DNA of 64,000 nt, taken from the NCBI GenBank assembly GCA_016699995.1, contig CP064996.1:690963-754962 (forward strand), written 5' to 3'. Positions 28,414 to 37,510 of this stretch are shown in pieces. Position 1 is the stretch's first letter. Each line of letters opens with the position of its first letter. Under the pieces are notes generated by a model. That model was not told the origin of the DNA. It did not search any database and worked only from the letters and a program-made list of their open reading frames with translations. The position numbers and the translations under genes are program-made. Origin of the DNA: a bacterium. Lineage in GTDB: Bacteria > Patescibacteriota > Doudnabacteria > UBA920.

Positions 28414-28826
28414 TGCCCCAGCCCTCCCTCGGTAATGTAGGTTTGCAACTCTACCGAATTATTGCCGTTACTGCGGGAATTGCTCCATGTAACTCTCACT
28501 GTAACATCCTTTAAGGTGTCGTTTACGTCTACGACAGTAATGTTGCCTGCGCCGCTTGGGATAGATGACATTAGCGAATCATTGAATGTTCCGGTACTGG
28601 GAATAGAATCAAAGTCGGTAGTACGGATTGACTGCATTTTTTGGTCGGCAATGCGAGTCGCGATCTCTTTGTAGCGCGCTTGTTTGTTCAATACTACAGA
28701 ATTGGCGCTCATCTGAAGCAGTACTAAAGTAAGCCCGATGATGAACAGGGTCACCACGACTTCGATAATAGAAAATCCTGATTGTGTTTTTGTGGAATTT
28801 TGAAGACGCACTTTTGTTTCGTACAA
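28410..28826 (-). CDS. Prepilin-type N-terminal cleavage/methylation domain protein (type IV pilin / pseudopilin).
   Basis: TQSGFSIIEVVVTLFIIGLTLVLL. Its 4-nt overlap (ATGA) with the next pilin gene indicates an operon. Confidence 0.7.
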   Translation of the reverse strand: MYETKVRLQNSTKTQSGFSIIEVVVTLFIIGLTLVLLQMSANSVVLNKQARYKEIATRIADQKMQSIRTTDFDSIPSTGTFNDSLMSSIPSGAGNITVVDVNDTLKDVTVRVTWSNSRSNGNNSVELQTYITEGGLGQ

Positions 28827-28990
28827 TTAGTTTCTCTCTATTATATTAGCAGTTTTTAGCCGAAAAATCATGACCGAATAGCGTTTCTATTGATTATTTA
28901 GACGACTTTTGCTAATATAGCTAAGTACTTGGCGAAGTTGTGGGCCATATTTAATGGCTCTAAGCCCGCCTGGTAAGGAAAATTAAATAT

Positions 28991-29065
28991 TCGGGAGTAG
29001 CTCAGCGGTAGAGCTATCGGCTGTTAACCGATCGGTCCTGGGTTCGAATCCCAGCTCCCGAGCCA
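28991..29065 (+). tRNA. tRNA-Asn (anticodon GTT), with encoded CCA.
   Basis: Hand-folded cloverleaf: acceptor tcgggag / ctcccga, D-stem gctc / gagc, anticodon stem atcgg / ccgat with loop ctGTTaa, T-arm ctggg-ttcgaat-cccag, discriminator g, then cca. Confidence 0.9.
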
Positions 29066-29189
29066 ATCAAAATGCATCTCTTCAAAAGAGGTGCTTTTTG
29101 ATTTATTTATAGTACCTTTCGCAGGTCTAAAAACTTTTGTCGACAATTTGCTTTAACGGAGCTATTATTTAATTAATTAGCGCTTATAA

Positions 29190-29972
29190 ATGCTGTATTT
29201 AGACCAAAGGGATACCTACATTAATAGTGTTTTAGACAAATACAAGACAAACGGTCTTACTGTTTTTCTAAGTCCCACTGTCGCTTATATAATTAACCCT
29301 ATCAAGGCCATAGTAAGTACGTGGGCTGGAGGCCAATTAAAGGCGATCGAGTTATCAGGCTCTTTTGCCAAGGGAACGGCAACAGCCCTGTCTACAGATG
29401 CTGACCTGTTTATTTCTTTAAAATCGGACACCACTCAAAGTCTTAAAGATATTTATAAGATGCTCTATAACAGAATGAAAGCCAACGGTTACTCTGTAAG
29501 GGAGCAAAATGTATCGATAGGTGTGACTGTTAATAATTTTAAAGTTGACCTTGTTCCAGCCGTTCATAGAGGAGGTCTGACCAGAGACCATTCTTTATAT
29601 CGTAGAAAGGCTGACACTTGGACGCAAACCAATATTTATAAGCATATTGACTTGGTAAAAAATTCAAAGCGACTAGATGAGATCAGGGCTTTAAAAATAT
29701 GGAGAACACTTAATGGACTAGATTTTCCTTCATTCTATCTTGAACTTACAGTGATTGAAGCACTAAAAGGACACGGATTTAACAAACCAGGGCAAAACTT
29801 ACTTACAGTGCTGGATTATATTGCAAACAAATTTACTTATGCTCGCGTTGTTGATCCTTCGAACACAAATAATATTATTTCAGATGAACTTACGGCAGGA
29901 GAAAAACAGACTATAGCGAACTTGGCGAAAAACACACGCCAGAAACAATATATGAAAGATATTATCTGGTAA
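29190..29972 (+). CDS. Pol-beta superfamily nucleotidyltransferase with SMODS / CD-NTase-like motif spacing (260 aa).
   Basis: SGSFAKGTATALSTDADLFI gives the GS-x10-DxD motif. The third acidic residue is in NFKVDLVPA, about 45 aa downstream. The C-terminal ~120 aa are helical. Weak RBS; low-GC context. Confidence 0.55.
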   Translation: MLYLDQRDTYINSVLDKYKTNGLTVFLSPTVAYIINPIKAIVSTWAGGQLKAIELSGSFAKGTATALSTDADLFISLKSDTTQSLKDIYKMLYNRMKANGYSVREQNVSIGVTVNNFKVDLVPAVHRGGLTRDHSLYRRKADTWTQTNIYKHIDLVKNSKRLDEIRALKIWRTLNGLDFPSFYLELTVIEALKGHGFNKPGQNLLTVLDYIANKFTYARVVDPSNTNNIISDELTAGEKQTIANLAKNTRQKQYMKDIIW

Positions 29973-29974
29973 AT

Positions 29975-30718
29975 ATGGCAAAGAAGAAAATAAGTATAAA
30001 AGAAATATTTGCAGGGCTCCAAGATCAAATGGAGGCGCGGTTAACATTGAACAAAAAAGTTCTAAACCATCCCGTAACAAAAGGCGATGCGTCTGAATTG
30101 GAGTGGTTAGATATGCTTAGGCATTATTTACCGCGAAGATATTGCGTTGATAAAGCCTTTGTCATAGACAACAAAGGCAACATAAGCGAACAAATAGATA
30201 TTGTTATTTTTGACCGTCATTATTCGCCATTTATCCTGCATCAAAACGGGGCTATTTATATCCCAGCAGAATGTGTCTATGCAGTCATAGAAGTAAAGCC
30301 CACTATTAGCACTGCAACAATTGAGTACGCCGCAAAAAAAGCTGCATCTGTAAGGAGATTGCAGCGTAGCAGTGCTAAAATCGTACAGGCTGATGGAAGA
30401 GAGTTTGAACCTAAAAAGGCACCTAGGATTATTGCTGGGTTATTAGCAATAGATGGCAATTGTAGTAACGCGGCCTTAAACAAGCTAAAAAAGATGAATG
30501 AGACGCAGCTGATAAATATGGGATGCGCTCTCAGCGGCACATTCTTTAATGTTTTAGATTATAAACCTTGGGGAAAGCTAAACAAGGCTAGAGATTACCA
30601 AGTAAAAAATAACGATAGGAATAGTTTGATATTATTCTTCTTAACATTAGTTAAAGAACTGCAAAAAATGGGTACGGTGCCAGCCATAGAAATTGGTACG
30701 TATTTAGATAACCTATAA
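29975..30718 (+). CDS. PD-(D/E)xK (Hjc/restriction-endonuclease-like) nuclease domain protein with a C-terminal domain of unknown function (247 aa).
   Basis: E in ASELEWLDML, D in QIDIVIFD and E-x-K in YAVIEVKPT, with canonical spacing. The start ATG lies 2 nt after the stop of the NTase gene. Confidence 0.55.
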   Translation: MAKKKISIKEIFAGLQDQMEARLTLNKKVLNHPVTKGDASELEWLDMLRHYLPRRYCVDKAFVIDNKGNISEQIDIVIFDRHYSPFILHQNGAIYIPAECVYAVIEVKPTISTATIEYAAKKAASVRRLQRSSAKIVQADGREFEPKKAPRIIAGLLAIDGNCSNAALNKLKKMNETQLINMGCALSGTFFNVLDYKPWGKLNKARDYQVKNNDRNSLILFFLTLVKELQKMGTVPAIEIGTYLDNL

Positions 30719-30931
30719 AGATATGCCCGTAGTTGAACTAAAAGGCACTGAACCAACTCCAGAAAAATAGCTGAAGAAATCAAAAGGATTTTTTCCGATA
30801 CAAATGGTTGCTTTGGAAGAATAAACTCCTGGGGACAGAGACCTACCAAGTATGTTTACATTGGATGTGTTTCTGATACTGATTTTATTGATTTTATAGC
30901 TAGCCTTAATGACGACCAACGGAAAGGCTTA

Positions 30932-31465
30932 ATGAGAATGCTTTCCTATTTTGAGATACATATGGAGCCGCTTAAAAGCATATTAGAAAGTCATACGGAA
31001 ATGTCTTTAGATAGGTTTTACGCGGAAACAGCCTGGTCACACTTTGCCATAGTAATTATGTTCGGTCTTTTAGAAGTAGCTGTAAAGGTGGGTAAAGGTA
31101 TAGCCATCGAAGACTTCTTGGGTGATAAAGGCAGAGAAATTAAAGCTTTTTTTGTTAAGTATTTAGATGTTGAGAGGCAAACAAAAATTGCTGAAGACTA
31201 TAAACCGATTGATGATACAAGAAAATTAACGACTTTCGAAGATGTGGTACAAGATATGTGGGATGAATACCGATCAGGTTTCGTACATTCAGTGGGCGTT
31301 CATTCTGTACCTCACGAACCAGTTTCTTTCGGTGATGGTGGAGAAAAGGACGGTATTCCAGTAATAGCAATAAGCAAAGAGGTTCCTGTATTTACTTGGC
31401 TAATTATTACTTGGCAGGCTATTTTTAAGTCCTTAGGTTTCAAAGGTAACTTAAATTCAAATTAA
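30932..31465 (+). CDS. Hypothetical protein (177 aa).
   Basis: Complete ORF in the low-GC island; I recognise no family. Confidence 0.4.
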   Translation: MRMLSYFEIHMEPLKSILESHTEMSLDRFYAETAWSHFAIVIMFGLLEVAVKVGKGIAIEDFLGDKGREIKAFFVKYLDVERQTKIAEDYKPIDDTRKLTTFEDVVQDMWDEYRSGFVHSVGVHSVPHEPVSFGDGGEKDGIPVIAISKEVPVFTWLIITWQAIFKSLGFKGNLNSN

Positions 31466-31476
31466 CAAAAAATAAT

Positions 31477-31884
31477 ATGGAAACTAAAGCTCAAGATTTT
31501 GTCAGGAATGAAATGTTAAAAAACGAAAATAGGATTTTTGTTGGCAAAATTATAACTATCTCGGTTTTTTATTTGGTCATTACGCTCCTACTAAATCACA
31601 TACGTACCACTGCATCGTTATGGATAGTATGGCCGTTGATAATAATTCAATTTGTATTGTATTTCTCCATTTTTGTCGCGACTATTTCACGTGCTAAAGT
31701 CTTCGGACTAAAAAATTGGTCAGCATTTATAATCTTTCTAGTATTGGCTGTACTAGGTAGAATAAATGACTGGGAAATGATAATTATCCCAATAACCGTT
31801 TTGGTTATGACCATACTTTCCGTAATGAACAAGAAGCTATCGGCACAAGGTCAATTTATATTGATGCCAAAAAACGAACAGTAA
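31477..31884 (+). CDS. Hypothetical 4-TM membrane protein.
   Basis: Strongly hydrophobic, very AT-rich coding sequence; 11 nt after the previous gene. Confidence 0.5.
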   Translation: METKAQDFVRNEMLKNENRIFVGKIITISVFYLVITLLLNHIRTTASLWIVWPLIIIQFVLYFSIFVATISRAKVFGLKNWSAFIIFLVLAVLGRINDWEMIIIPITVLVMTILSVMNKKLSAQGQFILMPKNEQ

Positions 31885-31908
31885 GATATAAACCATTAAC
31901 TTTTAAAT

Positions 31909-32328
31909 ATGAAGGCTATAAAACAATTTTTCTTGGCTTTATTTAGCGCCTTGGCCGCCTTAGGACTTTTTGCTGCATTCGTAGGTTTCATAAATGGGTA
32001 TTTTGGATATAATGCAGGGATGTTTTCTGTGTGGATTTTTCTAGGCTTATTCTTCGTCTCAGTAATTTACTTCAATTATCGAGACAAAAGCTTACCCGCA
32101 ACAACTAATATTAAGAACCTTTCTACGGAGGCTGTTAAAGGCGGGTTTAAATTCGTAAAAATAGTTTCTTTAACTTTTGCCATATTAATCGGAATAATAA
32201 TTAGTATAGGTGCATTCATTTATATCGCTGCTCAAATTGGTAAATTAGGGGCTTTGGGAATAATTATAGTCCTTTTGATAATAATTATATTTCAAATCTC
32301 TAGCCTACTACAGAGACTGGATCAATAA
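31909..32328 (+). CDS. Hypothetical 4-TM membrane protein.
   Basis: Hydrophobic segments. Followed by copy B of the hairpin terminator. Confidence 0.5.
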   Translation: MKAIKQFFLALFSALAALGLFAAFVGFINGYFGYNAGMFSVWIFLGLFFVSVIYFNYRDKSLPATTNIKNLSTEAVKGGFKFVKIVSLTFAILIGIIISIGAFIYIAAQIGKLGALGIIIVLLIIIIFQISSLLQRLDQ

Positions 32329-32368
32329 AGTACGTTCTAACATCGCTCACAACTCGGAGCCATCAGAA

Positions 32369-32398
32369 AACCACTAACTCGTTTAGCGGTTTTTTGTT
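32369..32398 (+). terminator. Hairpin terminator, copy B of the recurrent element.
   Basis: aaccactaa-ctcgt-ttagcggtt (one A.C mismatch) followed by ttttttgttat. Confidence 0.65.
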
Positions 32399-32409
32399 AT
32401 GCTTAGGTT

Positions 32410-33117
32410 ATGATTAGAAAAATTCCGTCTAATGCTCGCTACAGGGCTGAGCACGACTGGCTTACAACCTACCACCTGTTCTCCTTTGCCATGTACTTTG
32501 ACCGAGGCAATATGAATTTTGGCGCACTCCGGGTTTTTAATGACGATTACATAGACGGCGAAAACGGTTTCGGCGCGCATCAACACGACAACATGGAGAT
32601 TGTTACCATTATCCATGAGGGCCGGCTTACTCACCAAGACAGCCTTGGCAACACAGGCATAATTAGCAAAGGCGAAGTTCAGTATATGTCAGCGGGAACA
32701 GGGGTAACGCACGCCGAAGTGAATCAGGAGAAAGCTCCAATACACTTATATCAAATTTGGATAATGCCGGATGAGCAAAATTTGCCGCCTCAATATGCAC
32801 AGAAGGATTTTAGCAACATAGAATCAAATGCCCTCGTACCGGTTGCCTCCGGGCAAAACCTGCCAGGCGCAATTCCAATTCGCACCAACTCCACCATATA
32901 CCTTTCTAAGCTCGATGCAGGGCATGCTATAACACACCGGCTCGAACCTGATCGCGGACTGTTTGTTTATATCAAAGAAGGATCTTTGGAGATCAATGGT
33001 ACCCAGTTTGCAAAGGAAGACCAGGCTAGAATAATGGATGAAGACCTGGTCCTAATAAAAACAAATGGGAATACTGAATTCGTTGCTATTGATGTGCCAA
33101 TGAGGCTGCCTATTTAG
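32410..33117 (+). CDS. Pirin-family cupin protein (quercetin 2,3-dioxygenase-like, YhhW-like).
   Basis: FGAHQHDNMEIVTIIHEGRLTHQDSLGN...GEVQYMSAGTGVTHAE matches the pirin metal-binding motifs. Confidence 0.85.
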   Translation: MIRKIPSNARYRAEHDWLTTYHLFSFAMYFDRGNMNFGALRVFNDDYIDGENGFGAHQHDNMEIVTIIHEGRLTHQDSLGNTGIISKGEVQYMSAGTGVTHAEVNQEKAPIHLYQIWIMPDEQNLPPQYAQKDFSNIESNALVPVASGQNLPGAIPIRTNSTIYLSKLDAGHAITHRLEPDRGLFVYIKEGSLEINGTQFAKEDQARIMDEDLVLIKTNGNTEFVAIDVPMRLPI

Positions 33118-33178
33118 CAATTACGGCGTTTAGAATATATAATATAACTGTCGATACTATATTATAGTAAACAAGCAT

Positions 33179-33373
33179 ATGCGCATTACATCTGGTTTCC
33201 AAAAACTGATGCCTTCCATTTTAAGCGGTGCAGCAGGAATTGCTATGCTTATTTATGGAGTGAATAGTAGCAAGTCCCAAATCCAAATCTTCGGGCTAGT
33301 TATCTTCATAGTCTCAATGGTGATTATGATGAGAACCAGACGAAGGATTGCATGTGATATAAAAAATAATTAA
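33179..33373 (+). CDS. Small membrane protein (64 aa).
   Basis: Two hydrophobic segments. Low confidence. Confidence 0.3.
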   Translation: MRITSGFQKLMPSILSGAAGIAMLIYGVNSSKSQIQIFGLVIFIVSMVIMMRTRRRIACDIKNN

Positions 33374-33382
33374 TCTACCAAT

Positions 33383-33860
33383 ATGACAAACAAAGAATTT
33401 TTCTTGGAGACATTAAAAGAAGAGGTGCAAAAGTTTCGGGTAGCTATTGATGCTTTGCCGGACGACCAGCACGGATACAAGGTTCATGACCGCGCCCGTA
33501 CGGCAGTAAACTTAACTGCCCAGCTGGCTGTCCAATGGAAAGCCATGTCCGGAATTATAAACAACGGTACGCCTGACTTTAACCCTCACGATATGGACGA
33601 CCAATCTAAGGCGGATATGCTGGCTAAATTTGACGGGAAGCATCGCGCAGCTGCAAAAGGACGTTGGAGCTATTTCCGACGCAGAGTGGGAATCTGGAGA
33701 TGCGGCTATGGGCGAAGAATGGAAGGATAAGAAATTTAAGATGGTATGGGGATTCTTTTTCGATGCGATCCATCACCGCGGACAGCTTGCTACCTACCTC
33801 CGCGCAATGGGCGCAAAGGTTCCTCCTATCTACGGACCATCCGCCGATTCGCAAAATTAA
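33383..33860 (+). pseudogene. DinB/YfiT-family (DinB_2-like) metal-dependent protein, interrupted by a +1 frameshift near 33630-33660.
   Basis: The N-terminal part is the 33383..33730 ORF. The C-terminal part in the next frame carries the hallmark FFFDAIHHRGQLATYLRAMG. Together they make about 160 aa. Confidence 0.55.
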
Positions 33861-33895
33861 AAAGTTTTGTCCCGCAATTTATTAGCCTGATCTAA

Positions 33896-33926
33896 AACCG
33901 CTAACCAGTTTAGCGGTTTTTTGTTA
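33896..33926 (+). terminator. Hairpin terminator, copy C of the recurrent element.
   Basis: aaccgctaa-ccagt-ttagcggtt (perfect) followed by ttttttgttat. Confidence 0.7.
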
Positions 33927-33936
33927 TCATTACTGT

Positions 33937-34410
33937 ATGAAAAACAAATACGTTCGATTCATTGTTTCTATAATTATCCCCCAGCTCGCTGGCGGCATCG
34001 GTTCCATCTTTACCTCATCTAAGATCCCGACCTGGTACGCATCAATTCAGAAGCCGGCGCTTAACCCGCCTAATTGGGTTTTCGGCCCGGTATGGACTAC
34101 CCTCTTCCTATTGATGGGTATTGCGTTTTATATCGTTTGGACAAAAGGCCGACAGGGAACAAACATCAAAGCCGCGACTGCGATTTTCATTGTTCAACTA
34201 ATAGTAAACACTTTTTGGTCTATCGCATTTTTCAACTTCCAAAGCCCGTTCCTGGCCCTGGGAGTAATTGCCGTGCTGTGGATACTGATCTTAATAAACA
34301 TCGTTCTTTTCTACCGGGTTTCCAAGACGGCAGGGTTATTGCTGATCCCTTATCTATTATGGGTGTCTTTCGCAACCTACCTCAATTATTCAATTTGGAG
34401 ATTAAACTAG
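33937..34410 (+). CDS. tspO: TspO/MBR family tryptophan-rich sensory protein.
   Basis: PPNWVFGPVWTTLFLLMGIA...LWVSFATYLNYSIWRLN; 5 TM helices; an intact ORF. Confidence 0.85.
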   Translation: MKNKYVRFIVSIIIPQLAGGIGSIFTSSKIPTWYASIQKPALNPPNWVFGPVWTTLFLLMGIAFYIVWTKGRQGTNIKAATAIFIVQLIVNTFWSIAFFNFQSPFLALGVIAVLWILILINIVLFYRVSKTAGLLLIPYLLWVSFATYLNYSIWRLN

Positions 34411-34414
34411 TTTG

Positions 34415-34719
34415 ATGAAAGCTCGCATTTCCAGCGGCACAGCCCACACTGTTCCGCCTGATTTAAAAAGGCCTTAACTTAAGCTCCAAGGCCTTAGCTG
34501 CCTGGAACGACCTCACTCCCCTGGCCCGCAACGAATGGATCTGCTGGGTTACTTTTGTTAAAAAACAAGAAACCAGAATAGACCATGTTAAGCGCACCGT
34601 CATTCATTTAAACGAAGGTAAGCGCCGCCCCTGCTGCTGGATCGGCTGTCCGCACCGCAAAGACAAACCGGTGAGCCCATCGGTAAAATCTATTCTGGCA
34701 CTATCTAAGAAAATATAAT
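34415..34719 (+). pseudogene. YdeI/OmpD-associated family (DUF1801-like) protein with a frameshift in an A5 run (34465-34469).
   Basis: MKARISSGTAHTVPPDLKRP* is followed in the +1 frame by KGLNLSSKALAAWNDLTPLARNEWICWVTFVKKQETRIDHVKRTVIHLNEGKRRPCCW.... Removing one A restores a continuous family-typical sequence. Confidence 0.5.
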
Positions 34720-34721
34720 TA

Positions 34722-34752
34722 AACCACTAACCAGTTTAGTGGTTTTTGTTAT
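34722..34752 (+). terminator. Hairpin terminator, copy D of the recurrent element.
   Basis: aaccactaa-ccagt-ttagtggtt (perfect) followed by tttgttattat. Confidence 0.7.
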
Positions 34753-34782
34753 TATTTATCTATAACATTAACTCGAAATAAA

Positions 34783-35142
34783 ATGAAACAAGGATCATAT
34801 GTGGATGGGTTCGTTATCTCCATCCCAAAAAAGGCAGTGCCAAATATAAAGAAAATTGCTACTGGAAGCATGCGCGGTATGGAAGAAGTTCGGCGCGTTG
34901 GACTACAAAGAATGCAAAATTGATGATGCTGCTCCGAAATATGTAACCTTTACCTTTGCTAAGATGGCAAAAACCAAGCCGACCGAAGACGTGTGGTTCT
35001 CTTTTATTACCTTCAAGTCCAAAGCACATCGCAACGAAGTAAATAAAAAGTCATGGCTTTCTTCGATAAAAAGTACGGTGACAAAATGGATATGCCGTTC
35101 GACATGGAAGCAGCTTCTCCTATGCCAGGCTTCCAAAGTTGA
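34783..35142 (+). pseudogene. DUF1428-family protein carrying two compensating frameshifts, near 34868 and near 35045-35049 (an A5 run).
   Basis: Frame 1 gives MKQGSYVDGFVISIPKKAVPNIKKIAT. Frame 2 gives EACAVWKKFGALDYKECKIDDAAPKYVTFTF...FKSKAHRNEVNKK. Frame 1 then resumes with VMAFFDKKYGDKMDMPFDMEAASPMPGFQS*. Confidence 0.5.
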
Positions 35143-35206
35143 AGTGGGAATGTAAACAACGCTCACAAAACACGGCGAAAGCAGCATTGCTATCATTAAC
35201 CAAAAC

Positions 35207-36112
35207 TTGTATGCAAAAATTATTCCCCACCTATGGTTTGATACTCAAGCCAAGGAGGCAGCAGAATTTTATACTGCTTTGTTTCGGACTCTCGGGTAAA
35301 AATACCACCACCTTACATAACACGCCCTCTGGCGACTGTGACATTGTCACTTTCAGTGATGGGATACACCATTATGTGCATGAGTGCAGGGCCAGCATTC
35401 AAAGTTAATCCATCGGTATCGTTCATGGTGAATTTCGACCCTTCCCGCATAGAGAATGCCAAAGAAAAACTGGATCAAGTATGGAAAAGGCTTGCTGATG
35501 ACGGAAAGATCATGATGCCGCTGCAAGAATACCCTTTTAGCAAACATTACGGCTGGGTAGAAGATAAGTTCGGTGTTTCCTGGCAACTAATGCTAACGGA
35601 TCCGTCTGGTGATGAACGGCCAAATATTATTCCTTCTATGATGTTTATAGGGGAAAATTATGGCAAAGCCCGCAGAGCTACAGATTTTTATCTTTCTGTA
35701 TTCAAAGACACGGAACGGGGCACTATCGCCACCTATCCGGCAGGCATGAAACCAGACACAGAGGGTAACATTATGTTTACCGATTTTAAATTAGAAAAAC
35801 AGTGGTTTGCAGCCATGGATAGCGCGCGAATGCATGACTTCAACTTCACCGGAAGCAATTTCCTTTATCATTAATTGTAAAGACCAGGAAGAAATGGACT
35901 ATTACTGGAACAAGCTCACCGCGATACCAGAGTCCGAACAATGCGGCTGGCTTAAAGATAAGTACGGATTCTCGTGGCAAATCAACCCAATAGAAATGAG
36001 TGAGATGATGGAAAAAGGAACACCAGAACAAATTGACCGAGTTACCCAGGCTTTTTTGCCAATGAAGCGCTTAGATCTGGCAACGCTCCGCCAAGCTTAC
36101 GAAAGAAAGTAG
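35207..36112 (+). pseudogene. Duplicated PhnB-like VOC-superfamily protein (PF06983-like, ~300 aa) interrupted by three +1 frameshifts.
   Basis: The four segments in successive frames read KIIPHLWFDTQAKEAAEFYTALF, then GKNTTTLHNTPSGDCDIVTFS, then MGYTIMCMSAGPAFKVNPSVSFMV...[17 protein letters not shown], then [22 protein letters not shown]...[14 protein letters not shown]. Each is family-typical. Confidence 0.55.
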
Positions 36113-36150
36113 CTTAATGTTATACTTAATCTAGTAATTAACATAAATTT

Positions 36151-36735
36151 ATGGATTGGCATATAGTAGCCTTAGCAGGGCATTTAATTGGCTTCGCACT
36201 TGGAGCTGGAGGGGCAACCATCAGCGACATCACCTTTCTTAACGCAATTCGCGAGCGAAAATTATCAGCAGAGCAGCACCGCTTTCTGATGATGATCTCT
36301 AAAGTAGTATGGCTGGGATTCATTTTACTGGTAATCTCTGGGGCGGCAATGTTTGCTCTTATATACATAGAGAACCATTCTCTGCCGATGCTCGCTGCTG
36401 CCCGATGGCAGGCAAAACTGACATTAGTCGGAATTGTATTGATTAACGGTATATACTTTAAAGTCAAAGTCTTTCCAGCGCTAAAAAACATGGTTGGCCA
36501 GGAGCTAAATCACAAGAGTATTGGCGTGAGCTTATGGAGGCTCGCCGTGCCTGGCACTATTTCTATCTTATCCTGGTATAGCATCCTAGTATTGAGCATT
36601 TTACCGCGAGGATTAAATATTCCCCTTGGGTATTTTATCTTCATTTATGCAGTGCTGCTGATTTGCGGAATTATCATCAGCAAAACTTTGCTAAAAAAAC
36701 TGCTGGGCAATTACAGTTTGTCTCTCCATAACTAA
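36151..36735 (+). CDS. Hypothetical polytopic membrane protein (194 aa).
   Basis: Six hydrophobic segments; intact ORF. Confidence 0.5.
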   Translation: MDWHIVALAGHLIGFALGAGGATISDITFLNAIRERKLSAEQHRFLMMISKVVWLGFILLVISGAAMFALIYIENHSLPMLAAARWQAKLTLVGIVLINGIYFKVKVFPALKNMVGQELNHKSIGVSLWRLAVPGTISILSWYSILVLSILPRGLNIPLGYFIFIYAVLLICGIIISKTLLKKLLGNYSLSLHN

Positions 36736-36778
36736 ACTGCCAAACAAAATTCTACTCTGATCAAGAAATAATTTAAAA

Positions 36779-37044
36779 ATGACCTTCTTTTATATCGCAG
36801 TTGTGTTGATAAATCTGCTCGCCTTTGCGGTAATCGGCTCAGATAAAAAGCGCAGCATCAATAACGGCGAACGCGTTAGCGAAGTAAACTTATTTTTTGT
36901 GGGCCATATTTTTTTGGCTCTGCAGGGGTGTTGCTGGGCATGCTCGCTTTTAGACATAAGACTCAAAAACTCAAATTTATTTTTGGCATCACTATTCTGC
37001 TGCTGCAGCAAGTGATTACTTTTTACCTGCTTTGGACAAAATAA
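36779..37044 (+). pseudogene. DUF1294-family small membrane protein with a frameshift in a T7 run (about 36911-36917).
   Basis: MTFFYIAVVLINLLAFAVIGSDKKRSINNGER... The alternative frame then gives GPYFFGSAGVLLGMLAFRHKTQKLKFIFGITILLLQQVITFYLLWTK*. Confidence 0.5.
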
Positions 37045-37065
37045 AAAACCGGCCCAAAAGGCGGT

Positions 37066-37510
37066 TTTTATTTTAAGTGGTTTTGCTTTAGAAAGTAGAG
37101 TCTCCTTAAGGTCAACCGTAATGGCCATGTTTAAAGCTTCTGTGAAAGTAGAACCCATAGCCCGTTTCCGAATATCCTTTAATTCGGAGTTGTAACCGAT
37201 TAAATCCACCACGATGCCTTTGTTGGTTTTAAAAGCTTTCATAGAGTTCCCCCGGCATATCCATGACGATAAGAACCCTAGGTTGTCCCCAAACTTCAGA
37301 AGCTCGGAAAAGTTTTTCCACATCTTTGAAAAATTTGGAACAAGCTCTATTGGTTTTCTCCAACATGGTGCTCGCTAAGGTGGACCACTCTGCGAAAATT
37401 TCTTTTCCATCGTGGGTATCGATGCGCATAACCACATCACGCGCTGAAGATGACCAAGCTTTCAATATTGCTCCCTGGCTAATCGCCAAGTCAATCCCTT
37501 CTAATTTCAT
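37066..37510 (-). pseudogene. Hypothetical protein (about 145 aa) with probable frameshifts at a C5 run (about 37246-37250) and an A-run near 37069-37072.
   Basis: The 37229..37510 ORF (MKLEGIDLAISQGAILKAW...) continues in the next frame as RGNSMKAFKTNKGIVVDLIGYNSELKDIRKR...LSKAKPLK. That frame otherwise reads through the 37046-37065 terminator hairpin into antisense DUF1294 sequence. No plus-strand RBS. Confidence 0.4.

Noticed and set aside
32351-32372. A putative attR direct repeat of the tRNA-Asn 3' end at the far side of the island.
   Set aside because: Only about 13 of 15 nt match, which is too short to call without comparative data. It is mentioned inside the island finding but not annotated as a repeat feature.
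36790-37323. A 177-aa minus-strand ORF spanning the DUF1294 gene and its terminator.
   Set aside because: It reads through the aaccggcc...ggcggtt terminator hairpin and is antisense to the DUF1294 coding sequence. It is explained as frame continuation of the frameshifted 37066-37510 gene; the real stop is restored by a 1-nt change in an A-run at 37069-37072.
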